Of a stretch of 64,000 nt of DNA, positions 56,548-64,000 are shown one piece after another. The position numbers and the translations under genes are program-made. Source of the stretch: an uncultured Chloroflexia bacterium. GTDB lineage: Bacteria; Chloroflexota; Limnocylindria; Limnocylindrales; CSP1-4. Below the pieces are notes generated by a model that ran no database searches, had not been told where the DNA came from, and saw nothing but the letters and a program-made list of their open reading frames with translations. The DNA is taken from the NCBI GenBank assembly GCA_963728745.1, contig CAVSKY010000006.1, positions 673,030 to 737,029 on the forward strand. The letters are read 5' to 3'. Numbering within the stretch: the first letter of the stretch is position 1; each line of letters begins with the position of its first letter.

Positions 56548-57180
56548 CTACTCCGTCAAGCCGGCCACCACGAGCTCCGGGTAGCGGCTCTCGCCGACGC
56601 CCTGCATCGACACGATCACGTCACGCGCCGGCAGATGGACGTGGTAGGTATGGACCCCGCCGGCGCATGTCGCGATGAATGTCTGATGGCCACCAATGTC
56701 GGCCTCGGCGTGACCGTCGACGCCGCCGGCCAGCTCGCATACGGCGCCATCGAAGGTGTCCCGCCAGCCGCGGTAGAACAGGTCGCCGAACGTGCCCGGT
56801 CGGAGACGCGCGACCGTCACCACGACGTAGTCGCCCGGTGTGTCGGTCGCCAATGGCCCGAAGGCCGTCGCCAGTGCGATCGCGGAGACGAATGGAGCGA
56901 TCGACCCATCCGCAGCGATCCCGGCAGCCGAGTCAGGGTCGGCTGTAAGTGGCACGCCATCGACCTCGCGCGGAAGCAGACGGAGCAATGCGGGGTCGAC
57001 GACCACGCCGCTCGAGCCACCGCTGCTGGTCGGCGACGGGGCTGTCGTCTGGGCCGGCGGTGCCGGCGTGATCGGCGCAGAGGTCGGCGACGGGCGTGGC
57101 GGGATGCATGCCCCCGCGGCGAGCATCGCGAGCGCCGCGATCGAGAGGACCATGGCGATGCGGCGCCGGCCCGACGTCAC
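56548..57180 (-). CDS. hypothetical secreted protein / putative lipoprotein
   Basis: Signal [25 protein letters not shown] followed by a Pro/Thr/Ser-rich spacer. The GTG start overlaps the GNAT stop (GTGA). Confidence 0.65.
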   Translation of the reverse strand: MTSGRRRIAMVLSIAALAMLAAGACIPPRPSPTSAPITPAPPAQTTAPSPTSSGGSSGVVVDPALLRLLPREVDGVPLTADPDSAAGIAADGSIAPFVSAIALATAFGPLATDTPGDYVVVTVARLRPGTFGDLFYRGWRDTFDGAVCELAGGVDGHAEADIGGHQTFIATCAGGVHTYHVHLPARDVIVSMQGVGESRYPELVVAGLTE

Positions 57181-57965
57181 GCCAGCTCGCGGCGCATGAC
57201 GGGGAAGCGCTCGTCGGGCGCGGCGACGCTGAACCCGACCGACTCCCAGAACGCCGGCGTCGCCGCACTGGTCGCGTCCGGGCGCGCGCCGATCTCTGGG
57301 TACGTCTCAACGGCCGCGAAACCGCGCGCCTCGAGGTCGTCGCAGACGGCCCTGACCAGCTCCTTTGCCAGCCCCATACCCCGCACCTCTGCCGTGGTCG
57401 CGATACAGGTGATGACCGCCGGGAGCGGCGAATCCGGCAGGGCCGGGTACAGGTCGCGGGTCCGCTGGGCCCGCGGATAGGCGGTCAGCGGCCCGAACTG
57501 CGAGTAGGCCGCCGGAGCCTCGTCGAGCAACAGCACCTTGGCGTAGCTCCCGGCGACACCCAGCCCTCGCCCGAGCAGGCGGAGCTTGGGAGGCGCGCCC
57601 TCTCCGACGGTCGGCATCGGGGCTCGGCGCGGCGCGAACGGATTGTCGGTGGCCGCGTCATCGTCGGACGCGAACGGGTTGGACGACCCGCCATCGCGAC
57701 CCGGCGGGGCGAACGGGTTCGCGATCCGCTCCTCCAGGTCGGCCAGGAATGGGTTGGCCGGCTTCGGTCGATACGCTGGCGTTGGCCCAGAAGCGAGCGG
57801 CTCGAGCCAGTCGAGGCGGATCGCCTTCGAGCCCCGATCAGCATTCTCCCAGTAGTCGCACGACCGGTGATCGAAGGTCGGATCGGCACAGGGCGGGAGC
57901 AACGCGAACGTCCGCTCGTCCGTGACATCCACGATGGCGATGGAACGCGGATGGGAGGTCGTCAT
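57177..57965 (-). CDS. GNAT-family N-acetyltransferase with internal NPF-repeat insert
   Basis: C-terminal acetyl-CoA-binding-like block TAEVRGMGLAKELVRAVCDDLEARGFAAVETYP. N-terminal block FDHRSCDYWE. The middle carries four NPF motifs (NPFLAD, NPFAPP, NPFASD, NPFAPR). ATG at 57965. Confidence 0.72.
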   Translation of the reverse strand: MTTSHPRSIAIVDVTDERTFALLPPCADPTFDHRSCDYWENADRGSKAIRLDWLEPLASGPTPAYRPKPANPFLADLEERIANPFAPPGRDGGSSNPFASDDDAATDNPFAPRRAPMPTVGEGAPPKLRLLGRGLGVAGSYAKVLLLDEAPAAYSQFGPLTAYPRAQRTRDLYPALPDSPLPAVITCIATTAEVRGMGLAKELVRAVCDDLEARGFAAVETYPEIGARPDATSAATPAFWESVGFSVAAPDERFPVMRRELA

Positions 57966-58083
57966 GACTTCGCTGCAGTCTACGGTGCACCGACGCCCCG
58001 AGCCCCCTAGCGGACCCTGATCGCGGGCGCTAGAGTCCCGACAAGGCAGTGCTCGGGGCGCTGCCACCTCGGGGGTCCATGAC

Positions 58084-58566
58084 ATGATCGATCGTGTCGA
58101 GGGCGACGCATATGTCGTCCTGGGCATCTCGCGCGACGCCGATGATCGGACGATCGCCGTCGCCCATCGACGCTTGGCGAGGCGCCATCATCCCGATCGC
58201 GCCGGAGAAACCTCGACGCGGCGGATGATGCGCATCAACGCCGCATTCGATGCGATCCGGACGGCCGAGCGGCGCGCCGAGTACGACAAGGCCCGCGGCC
58301 ATGTCGGCAGCCGCGACGGCACCGGGGCCGCCGGTCGCCCACCCGGTCGACCGTCGGGCAGCGTCCTCGACTTCGGGCGGCACGTCGGCTGGTCCATCGG
58401 CGAAATCGCGCGCGTCGATCCCGGCTACCTCGTGTGGCTGGCCGAGCGGCGCGAAGGTGAGCAGTACCGCGAGGAGATCGATACGGTCCTCGACCGGCTG
58501 GGTGTCCACCGCAGTCCGACCAACGATCTGGCGGGGCGCCGCTGGCGCCGCGGCTTCGCGAGCTGA
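58084..58566 (+). CDS. J-domain protein with DUF3820-like C-terminal domain, copy 1
   Basis: J-domain DAYVVLGISRDADDRTIAVAHRRLARRHHPDRAG...INAAFDAI (HPD present). The C-terminus GSVLDFGRHVGWSIGEIARVDPGYLVWLAE resembles the FGK-x-KG...YL-x-WL motif of DUF3820. Confidence 0.8.
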   Translation: MIDRVEGDAYVVLGISRDADDRTIAVAHRRLARRHHPDRAGETSTRRMMRINAAFDAIRTAERRAEYDKARGHVGSRDGTGAAGRPPGRPSGSVLDFGRHVGWSIGEIARVDPGYLVWLAERREGEQYREEIDTVLDRLGVHRSPTNDLAGRRWRRGFAS

Positions 58567-58710
58567 CGCGCAGGCCTTTCCAAACCCTCTCGACGATCCG
58601 CCTGCGCCGCCACGGTTCGCGGCATCGTCCCAGGTTCGGTACAGTGCACTCCAGCGTAGTCCGGTGCGGTCGAAGCCGCGAAGGGCTCGCTGAAAGGGTG
58701 TGCGAACCGC

Positions 58711-59190
58711 GTGTCAGGTCCAGGCGAAGCGGAGGCGTATGTCGTGCTCGGCGTCACCAAGGACGCCGACGACGAGACGATCGTCAAAGAGCATCGGCGA
58801 TTGGCGCGCCGGTATCACCCGGATCTTGCCGGCGAGAGTGCGACTCGCTGGATGATGCGGATCAACGCAGCCTTCGACGAGATCCGCACGGCTCGGGCGC
58901 AGCGCGGTCACTCCGTCCGGAGGTCGCCAGGAGCGCGCGACGGCGCAGGTGGCGCCGGACCGGCACCCGGCCGGCCGTCCGGCAGCGTGCTGGATTTCGG
59001 GCGGCACGTCGGCTGGTCACTCGGCGAGATCGCCCGCGTGGATCCGGGCTACCTGATCTGGTTGGCTGAGCGCCCGGATGGCGCGCCCTACCGCGAGGAG
59101 ATCGACGCGCTCCTGGCAACGACAGGGTTCCAGCGAAACCGGGAGCACGACCTCGCGAGGCAACCGTGGAGACGTCGCTCCGCGTTCTGA
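58711..59190 (+). CDS. J-domain protein with DUF3820-like C-terminal domain, copy 2
   Basis: GTG start. EAYVVLGVTKDADDETIVKEHRRLARRYHPDLAG...GSVLDFGRHVGWSLGEIARVDPGYLIWLAE. A clear paralog of 58084-58566. Confidence 0.8.
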   Translation: MSGPGEAEAYVVLGVTKDADDETIVKEHRRLARRYHPDLAGESATRWMMRINAAFDEIRTARAQRGHSVRRSPGARDGAGGAGPAPGRPSGSVLDFGRHVGWSLGEIARVDPGYLIWLAERPDGAPYREEIDALLATTGFQRNREHDLARQPWRRRSAF

Positions 59191-59212
59191 AGCCGCACAG
59201 GCCCGGGGCTTG

Positions 59213-60799
59213 TCAGCCAGGGCCCACGAGGTCCACCAAAGCGCCGTCATGGACGAGCGCCGTCGCAGCGGCCAGGTCCGGCCCGGGCTCGCGATCTCGA
59301 TCGAGGTGGGTGATGCGTGACCTGATCCGTTCGTGCGCTGCGGCAACCCCCTGGCCCGGCAGCGGGCCCGCGTCGCCGTCGCCGTCCATGGCGGCGACCC
59401 GCAGGTCGAGGGCCTGCGCGCCGACGAGCAGCTCGATCGCCACGATCCGTTCGACACCCTCGAGGACCGCGCGCGCGTGGCGCGCCGAGATCGAGCCCAT
59501 CGAGACGTGGTCCTCCTGGTTTGCCGACGTTGGGATCGAATCGGCGGATGCGGGGTGGGCCAGGACCTTGTGCTCCGACGCGAGGGCGGCGGCCGTGTAC
59601 TGGTAGATCATCATCCCGGACTCGACCCCTGACGTCGCCGCAAGGAATGGGGGCAGCCCGCCGTTGAGCCGCGCGTCGACCAAGGTCGCGGTGCGGCGTT
59701 CGCTGATGGACCCCAACTCCGCGATCGCGAGCTTGGCGTAGTCGAGGACGAGCGCGAGCGGCTCGCCGTGGAAGTTGCCACCGCTGATCACGCGCCCGCC
59801 ACCGGTCGCGATCGCGTCGACATCGGCGACACCGCCGCCGGCGAAGACGAGGGGGTTGTCGGTCGCCGAGTTGAGCTCGATGTCGAGGACGCGCCGCAGG
59901 TGGTCGAGCGCATCGCGGACCGCGCCATGGACCTGCGGCACGCAACGCAGAGAATACGGATCCTGGACCTTGTGGGTCGAGCCATGGTGGGCGCGCTGGA
60001 GACCGCTGTCGCGGAGCAGGTGGCGGAGCTCGCCCGCTACGGCGATCTGCCCGGGATGCGGCCGGGCCAGCTGGTACGCGGCCGCGTAGGCGACATCAGT
60101 CCCGAGCAGGGCTTCGAGCGACTGTGCGGCCGCAACGCTCGCCGTGCGGACCAGCCGGTCCGCGTCGGCCAGGAACAGGGCCGCGAGCGCACCCATCATC
60201 TGGGTCCCGTTGAGCAGGGCGAGGCCCTCCTTCGCCCCGAGTTGGAGCGGTTCGAGCCCCACCTGGACGAGCGCCTCGGCCGCAGGTAGCACGCGGCCGC
60301 CGACCTCGGCCTCGCCCCGGCCGATCAACGGGAGGGCGAGATGCGCTAGGGGCGCGAGGTCGCCGGATGCGCCGAGGCTCCCCTGCTCCGGCACGACGGG
60401 ATGGATGCCACGCTCCAGCAGTGCAAGCAACCGGTCGACGACCAGCGGCCGACAGCCGCTATGACCGAGTGCCAGTGTGTTCGCCCGTAGCAGCAGCATC
60501 GCGCGGACGACCTCGGTCGGGAACGGCGTGCCGACACCGGCGGCGTGGCTCATCAGGAGGTTCTCCTGGAGCTGCCCCGCCTGGCCCGGCTCGATGAATG
60601 TGGTCGCCAGGTCGCCGAACCCGGTCGTCACCCCGTAGACGACCGCGCCATCGGCGACGAGGGCGTCGATGACGTCGCGCGCCTCCTGCATCCGGCCGCG
60701 CGCCGCCTCGTCGAGCTCGACCCGGACCCCACCGCGAGCGACGGCCTCGACGTCAGCGATCGAAAGGTCCGCGCCCGTCAGGACGATAGGGTCGGTCAC
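59213..60799 (-). CDS. hutH: histidine ammonia-lyase
   Basis: MIO-forming motif GSLGASGDLAPLAHL. 528 aa. Collinear with the HAL/PAL family. Confidence 0.95.
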   Translation of the reverse strand: MTDPIVLTGADLSIADVEAVARGGVRVELDEAARGRMQEARDVIDALVADGAVVYGVTTGFGDLATTFIEPGQAGQLQENLLMSHAAGVGTPFPTEVVRAMLLLRANTLALGHSGCRPLVVDRLLALLERGIHPVVPEQGSLGASGDLAPLAHLALPLIGRGEAEVGGRVLPAAEALVQVGLEPLQLGAKEGLALLNGTQMMGALAALFLADADRLVRTASVAAAQSLEALLGTDVAYAAAYQLARPHPGQIAVAGELRHLLRDSGLQRAHHGSTHKVQDPYSLRCVPQVHGAVRDALDHLRRVLDIELNSATDNPLVFAGGGVADVDAIATGGGRVISGGNFHGEPLALVLDYAKLAIAELGSISERRTATLVDARLNGGLPPFLAATSGVESGMMIYQYTAAALASEHKVLAHPASADSIPTSANQEDHVSMGSISARHARAVLEGVERIVAIELLVGAQALDLRVAAMDGDGDAGPLPGQGVAAAHERIRSRITHLDRDREPGPDLAAATALVHDGALVDLVGPG

Positions 60800-60819
60800 G
60801 ACGCCGAGGATAGTCCGCT

Positions 60820-61494
60820 ATGCTCCCGGCCGTGTTCGACTTCCTGAACGGGCCGGTGCGAGACCTGGTGACCCAGATCTACGAGGCGGTCGGCTACGTC
60901 GGGGTCGCGCTGTGGGTCGCGATCGAGAGCGTGATCATCCCCATCCCCTCGGAGCTGGTGCTGCCGTTCGCGGGGTTCCTCGTCGGCACCGGCGAGGCGG
61001 TCGAGCCGCTCACCGGACAGCCGTGGTCGTACTGGCTGGTCGTCTTGGCCGGGACGATCGGCGCCACCGTCGGCGCGCTCGTTGCCTACGCGATCGGGGC
61101 GTGGGGTGGGCGGCCGTTGATCCAGCGCTGGGGCCGCTTCGTGGGCATCACCGAGACCGATCTCGATCGGGCCGAGACGTTCTTCGCGCGCTACGGCGAG
61201 GCCGCCAGCTTCTTCGGCCGGATGGTGCCGGTGATCCGATCCCTCGTCTCGTTCGCCGCCGGCGTGGCCCGCATGCCGCTCGGCCGCTTCATCGCGTTCT
61301 CGTTCCTCGGCTCGCTGCCGTTCACCGCGCTGCTGGTTTTTGCCGGGGTCCAGCTCGGGGCGAACTGGGAGTCCGTCGGCGCGATCCTCAAGCGGTTCGA
61401 ATACGCCATCGTCGCCGTGCTGGCGATCGTCGTCCTCGCCTGGATCTGGGTGCGCATCATCAAACCGCGCCGCGCGGCCCGGGCGATCACCTAG
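60820..61494 (+). CDS. DedA-family membrane protein
   Basis: Typical DedA pattern ...ESVIIPIPSELVLPFAGFLV...FFGRMVPVIRSLVSFAAGVARMP. Confidence 0.86.
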   Translation: MLPAVFDFLNGPVRDLVTQIYEAVGYVGVALWVAIESVIIPIPSELVLPFAGFLVGTGEAVEPLTGQPWSYWLVVLAGTIGATVGALVAYAIGAWGGRPLIQRWGRFVGITETDLDRAETFFARYGEAASFFGRMVPVIRSLVSFAAGVARMPLGRFIAFSFLGSLPFTALLVFAGVQLGANWESVGAILKRFEYAIVAVLAIVVLAWIWVRIIKPRRAARAIT

Positions 61495-62767
61495 CCCCGG
61501 ACGGCTCCTCCGCCGGTCGCACCGACCGGAAGTCGCGGTAGATCAGCAGGTCATAGACGATCTTCAGGCCACCCGCGAGGAAGAACGGGATGGCGGCCGT
61601 ACCAGCGCTGGCGATGAGGACGCTGGCGATCGACGGCGAGATCGCCGCGCCGACCGTCCGCGCGATGCCGGTCACGCCCGCGGCGGCCGATCGCTCGTCC
61701 GCGTCGACCACCGCCATCACGTATGACTGGCGGGTGGGTACGTCCATCTGGCTGAGCGAGAAGCGGAGCAGCAGGACGGCCACCGCCAGCGGTAGCGTCG
61801 GCATCAATGGCACGAGGAGCAGCAGGATGTTCGACGGTAGGTGGGTGAAGACCATCGTCTCGATCAGCCCGATCCGTGCCGCGATCCGCGCGGCCGACAG
61901 CGATGACACGGCGGCGAGCATGTTCGCCGCGAAGAAGATCCCGCCGAGGACCGCCGGACTGACGCCGAACTGCAGGCTGAACCAGTACGCCATGAGGCTC
62001 TGCGGGATGAACCCGCCGGCAAAGGCGTCGATCGAGAACAACGCGGACAGCCTGAGCACCACCGATCGCGACCGCCCCAGCCCGAGCCGGCGCACCACGC
62101 CGTCGTCCGCGACCTGGGTGCGTGGGACCTCGATCTCGCGTCCCAAACGCGAGGCGATGACGGCCATGCCGAGACCGATGACCGCGTAGAGGGCGACGAT
62201 CGCGCGATACGCATCGAGCGCCGGCCAACCAGCGCCGATGAGCAGCTCGCCGATGAGGCCGGCCGCAAGGGCGCCGGTCGCGGTCGCGACGTAGCCGGCC
62301 AGGTTGTACCAGGCGAACACGGCGGTACGGCGTCGGGCGGGCACCACCTCCGAGAGCGATGCCTGCTCGACGGCCAGGAACGGCCCGACCTCGTTGCCGG
62401 TCGGCGAGATGACCCCGACGATGCCGGCGAGGATCAGCAGTGGCAGCCAGTCAGTGAGGGCGAACACGACGCCGGCGACGACCACCAGCAACGAGCTGAT
62501 GACCAGCACGCGTCGCCGCCCGAGCCGGTCGGCGTGCGTGGTGAGCCACAGCGAGACGACCGTGTCGCCCACGAGCGTCAGCGTCAGGACCGCGCCGATG
62601 GCCAGCGGATCCAGACCCGTGGCATCCAGGTACAGGACCAGGACGACGGCCAGGAAGCCGTACCCGAACATGCGCATCGCGCGCAGCGCGAACAACGCCC
62701 CGCCATCGGCGCCAAGGCCGCGAAGGCTCGCGATCAGGGACGGATCGCTCGTGTCGGGATCGGCCAT
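61487..62767 (-). CDS. MFS transporter
   Basis: 426 aa with about 12 TM helices. MFS loop motif TTHADRLGRRRVL between TM2 and TM3. The 3' end overlaps convergent DedA by 8 nt. Confidence 0.86.
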   Translation of the reverse strand: MADPDTSDPSLIASLRGLGADGGALFALRAMRMFGYGFLAVVLVLYLDATGLDPLAIGAVLTLTLVGDTVVSLWLTTHADRLGRRRVLVISSLLVVVAGVVFALTDWLPLLILAGIVGVISPTGNEVGPFLAVEQASLSEVVPARRRTAVFAWYNLAGYVATATGALAAGLIGELLIGAGWPALDAYRAIVALYAVIGLGMAVIASRLGREIEVPRTQVADDGVVRRLGLGRSRSVVLRLSALFSIDAFAGGFIPQSLMAYWFSLQFGVSPAVLGGIFFAANMLAAVSSLSAARIAARIGLIETMVFTHLPSNILLLLVPLMPTLPLAVAVLLLRFSLSQMDVPTRQSYVMAVVDADERSAAAGVTGIARTVGAAISPSIASVLIASAGTAAIPFFLAGGLKIVYDLLIYRDFRSVRPAEEPSGAR

Positions 62768-62824
62768 GTGCGGTCGAGTCTATGAGCCGTGACCGTCCGT
62801 CGGCTCTGCCACAATGGACCCGAG

Positions 62825-63049
62825 ATGACCGCGCCGACGCACGACACCGATCAGCCAGGGCATGCGGGCGCCGTCGCTCACCACGTGCTCGACGACCACG
62901 GCGAGGAGCACGGGCACGACGATCACGCCCACGACGACACCGATCCGCTCGGCCCCATCGATATCTACGCGTGGGGTGCCGGAGCGCTCGGGGTCGTCCT
63001 TGGACTCGGGATCGTGTGGGCGTTCGTGCGAGCCATCACCCCGGTCTGA
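62825..63049 (+). CDS. small His/Asp-rich single-TM protein
   Basis: MTAPTHDTDQPGHAGAVAHHVLDDHGEEHGHDDHAHDDTDPLGPIDIYAWGAGALGVVLGLGIVWAFV. The start could be 62789. Confidence 0.5.
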   Translation: MTAPTHDTDQPGHAGAVAHHVLDDHGEEHGHDDHAHDDTDPLGPIDIYAWGAGALGVVLGLGIVWAFVRAITPV

Positions 63050-63093
63050 CACCGGGGGTGCAACTTCCCGACGTGCTCCCACGTCATCGGGGC

Positions 63094-63717
63094 ATGCGTC
63101 GACCGAAGTACGTCCCGGTACTCGCCCTCTTCGTCGTCCTCGGACTGACGAGTCTCGCGCTACCGCGAGCGGTCGCTGCCTGCTCGTGCGCGATGATCAC
63201 GATGGAGGAGGCGCGTAACCAGCCCGAAGCGGTCGTCTTCAGCGGCGTGGTCGACCCACGGGATCCGCGTGGCTACCCGGTCACGGTCACGCGCTGGTTC
63301 AAGGGCGGCAGCCCGATCGAGCCGCGGGCATGGTTGCACCCAGGTGGCTTCAGCCTCACCGGCGGAGGGGCCGACTGCACTGTCCCTCCACTCCCGGTCG
63401 GGACGGAGTGGATCTTCATCGCGTACAAGACCGAGGATCTGTACTCGGTCGGCCTGTGCAGCCCGCACGCCGCGGTCGCCACGGCGGAAGGTCAAGCGAT
63501 GCTGGCCGAGGCCTTGCAGGTCTTTGGTGGCGGCCAGCCACCGGTGACCGCGCCGCCTGCCCTACCGAGCCCACCGACGCCCCTACCGTCCGCGGCGCCA
63601 GCGGCTCCGGTGTCCGTCATCGGGACGCTCGGCCCGATCGCAGTCATCGTGTTCATCGTCGGCATCCTGCTCGGCGTCGTCGGTGCGCTCCGACGGATGG
63701 GCGTCGGCCGGAGCTAG
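63094..63717 (+). CDS. secreted, C-terminally anchored protein whose mature N-terminus starts at a CSC motif (TIMP/netrin-like OB-fold candidate)
   Basis: Signal [29 protein letters not shown] followed by [24 protein letters not shown]. Further Cys residues, a Pro-rich spacer and a C-terminal TM ([21 protein letters not shown]). Confidence 0.62.
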   Translation: MRRPKYVPVLALFVVLGLTSLALPRAVAACSCAMITMEEARNQPEAVVFSGVVDPRDPRGYPVTVTRWFKGGSPIEPRAWLHPGGFSLTGGGADCTVPPLPVGTEWIFIAYKTEDLYSVGLCSPHAAVATAEGQAMLAEALQVFGGGQPPVTAPPALPSPPTPLPSAAPAAPVSVIGTLGPIAVIVFIVGILLGVVGALRRMGVGRS

Positions 63718-64000
63718 AACAGCCCGACGACGTTCCCGTCCGCGTCGATATCGATCTTTTCGCCGCCAGGCTTCGACGGCAACCCCGGCATCGTCCGCAT
63801 CTCGCCGCACAGCGGCGTGATGAACCCGGCGCCCGCGGATAGGCGGATCTCGCGGATCGGCACGGTGAAGCCAGCCGGAGCGCCCTTGAGCGCCGCGTCG
63901 TGGCTGATCGAGTACTGGGTCTTGGCCATGCACACAGGCAGATTGCCGAAGCCCATCGACTCGTACAGCTTCAAGGACTTCTGGGCGGCCGGCGTGAGCT
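63714..64000 (-). CDS. fhs: formate--tetrahydrofolate ligase, C-terminal end only (gene runs off right edge)
   Basis: ...[75 protein letters not shown] is the characteristic FTHFS C-terminus. Confidence 0.93.
   Translation of the reverse strand, partial: LTPAAQKSLKLYESMGFGNLPVCMAKTQYSISHDAALKGAPAGFTVPIREIRLSAGAGFITPLCGEMRTMPGLPSKPGGEKIDIDADGNVVGLF

Overview
This is a very GC-rich bacterial chromosomal segment, about 70 percent by eye, with third codon positions almost all G/C. The gene content looks Gram-positive or actinobacterial-like: a PASTA Ser/Thr kinase, long-form isocitrate lyase (ICL2 type), a LigC-type ATP-dependent DNA ligase, an MprA/MprB/PepD-like two-component plus HtrA module, and L25/Ctc. 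I call about 60 protein genes and one tRNA-Glu. I saw no rRNA, CRISPR array, transposase, integrase or phage genes. All family names come from motif recognition by eye, since no searches were run.

Most of the window is housekeeping or metabolism:
- folC-folP-folB
- tdh-kbl
- histidine utilisation (hutH; hutU-ftcD-hutI)
- galU, argS, and the 3' end of fhs
- a GH13 glycosidase with LacI and an MsiK-like ATPase
- an ECF sigma / anti-sigma pair
- several regulators and transporters

Many same-strand neighbours are joined by 4-nt start/stop overlaps (ATGA, GTGA, and one apparent CTGA).

The most unusual locus is 43.8-48.3 kb. It holds four tandem, separately terminated minus-strand genes for secreted Pro/Thr-linker proteins. 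Their central domains are unrelated, but they share three things:
- a twin-arginine-containing signal peptide (RR-x-[AS]-W-[LI])
- a conserved ~60-70-aa C-terminal module (PTG-x-VGG-x-TGTP ... TLP-[AS]-T-[SD]-T ... WR-[LI] + TM helix + LTP-[AS]-R + charged tail), which is not a canonical LPXTG signal
- for three of the four, a conserved ~125-nt 5' leader

I flag this as a candidate undescribed surface-protein sorting and regulation system.

A second global observation is six frame disruptions in five otherwise recognisable genes: the sensor kinase (two), kbl, a Zn-metalloprotease lipoprotein and two membrane proteins. All six are of the same +1 (single extra base) type. This suggests systematic consensus insertion errors more than true pseudogenes, and it needs read-level checking.
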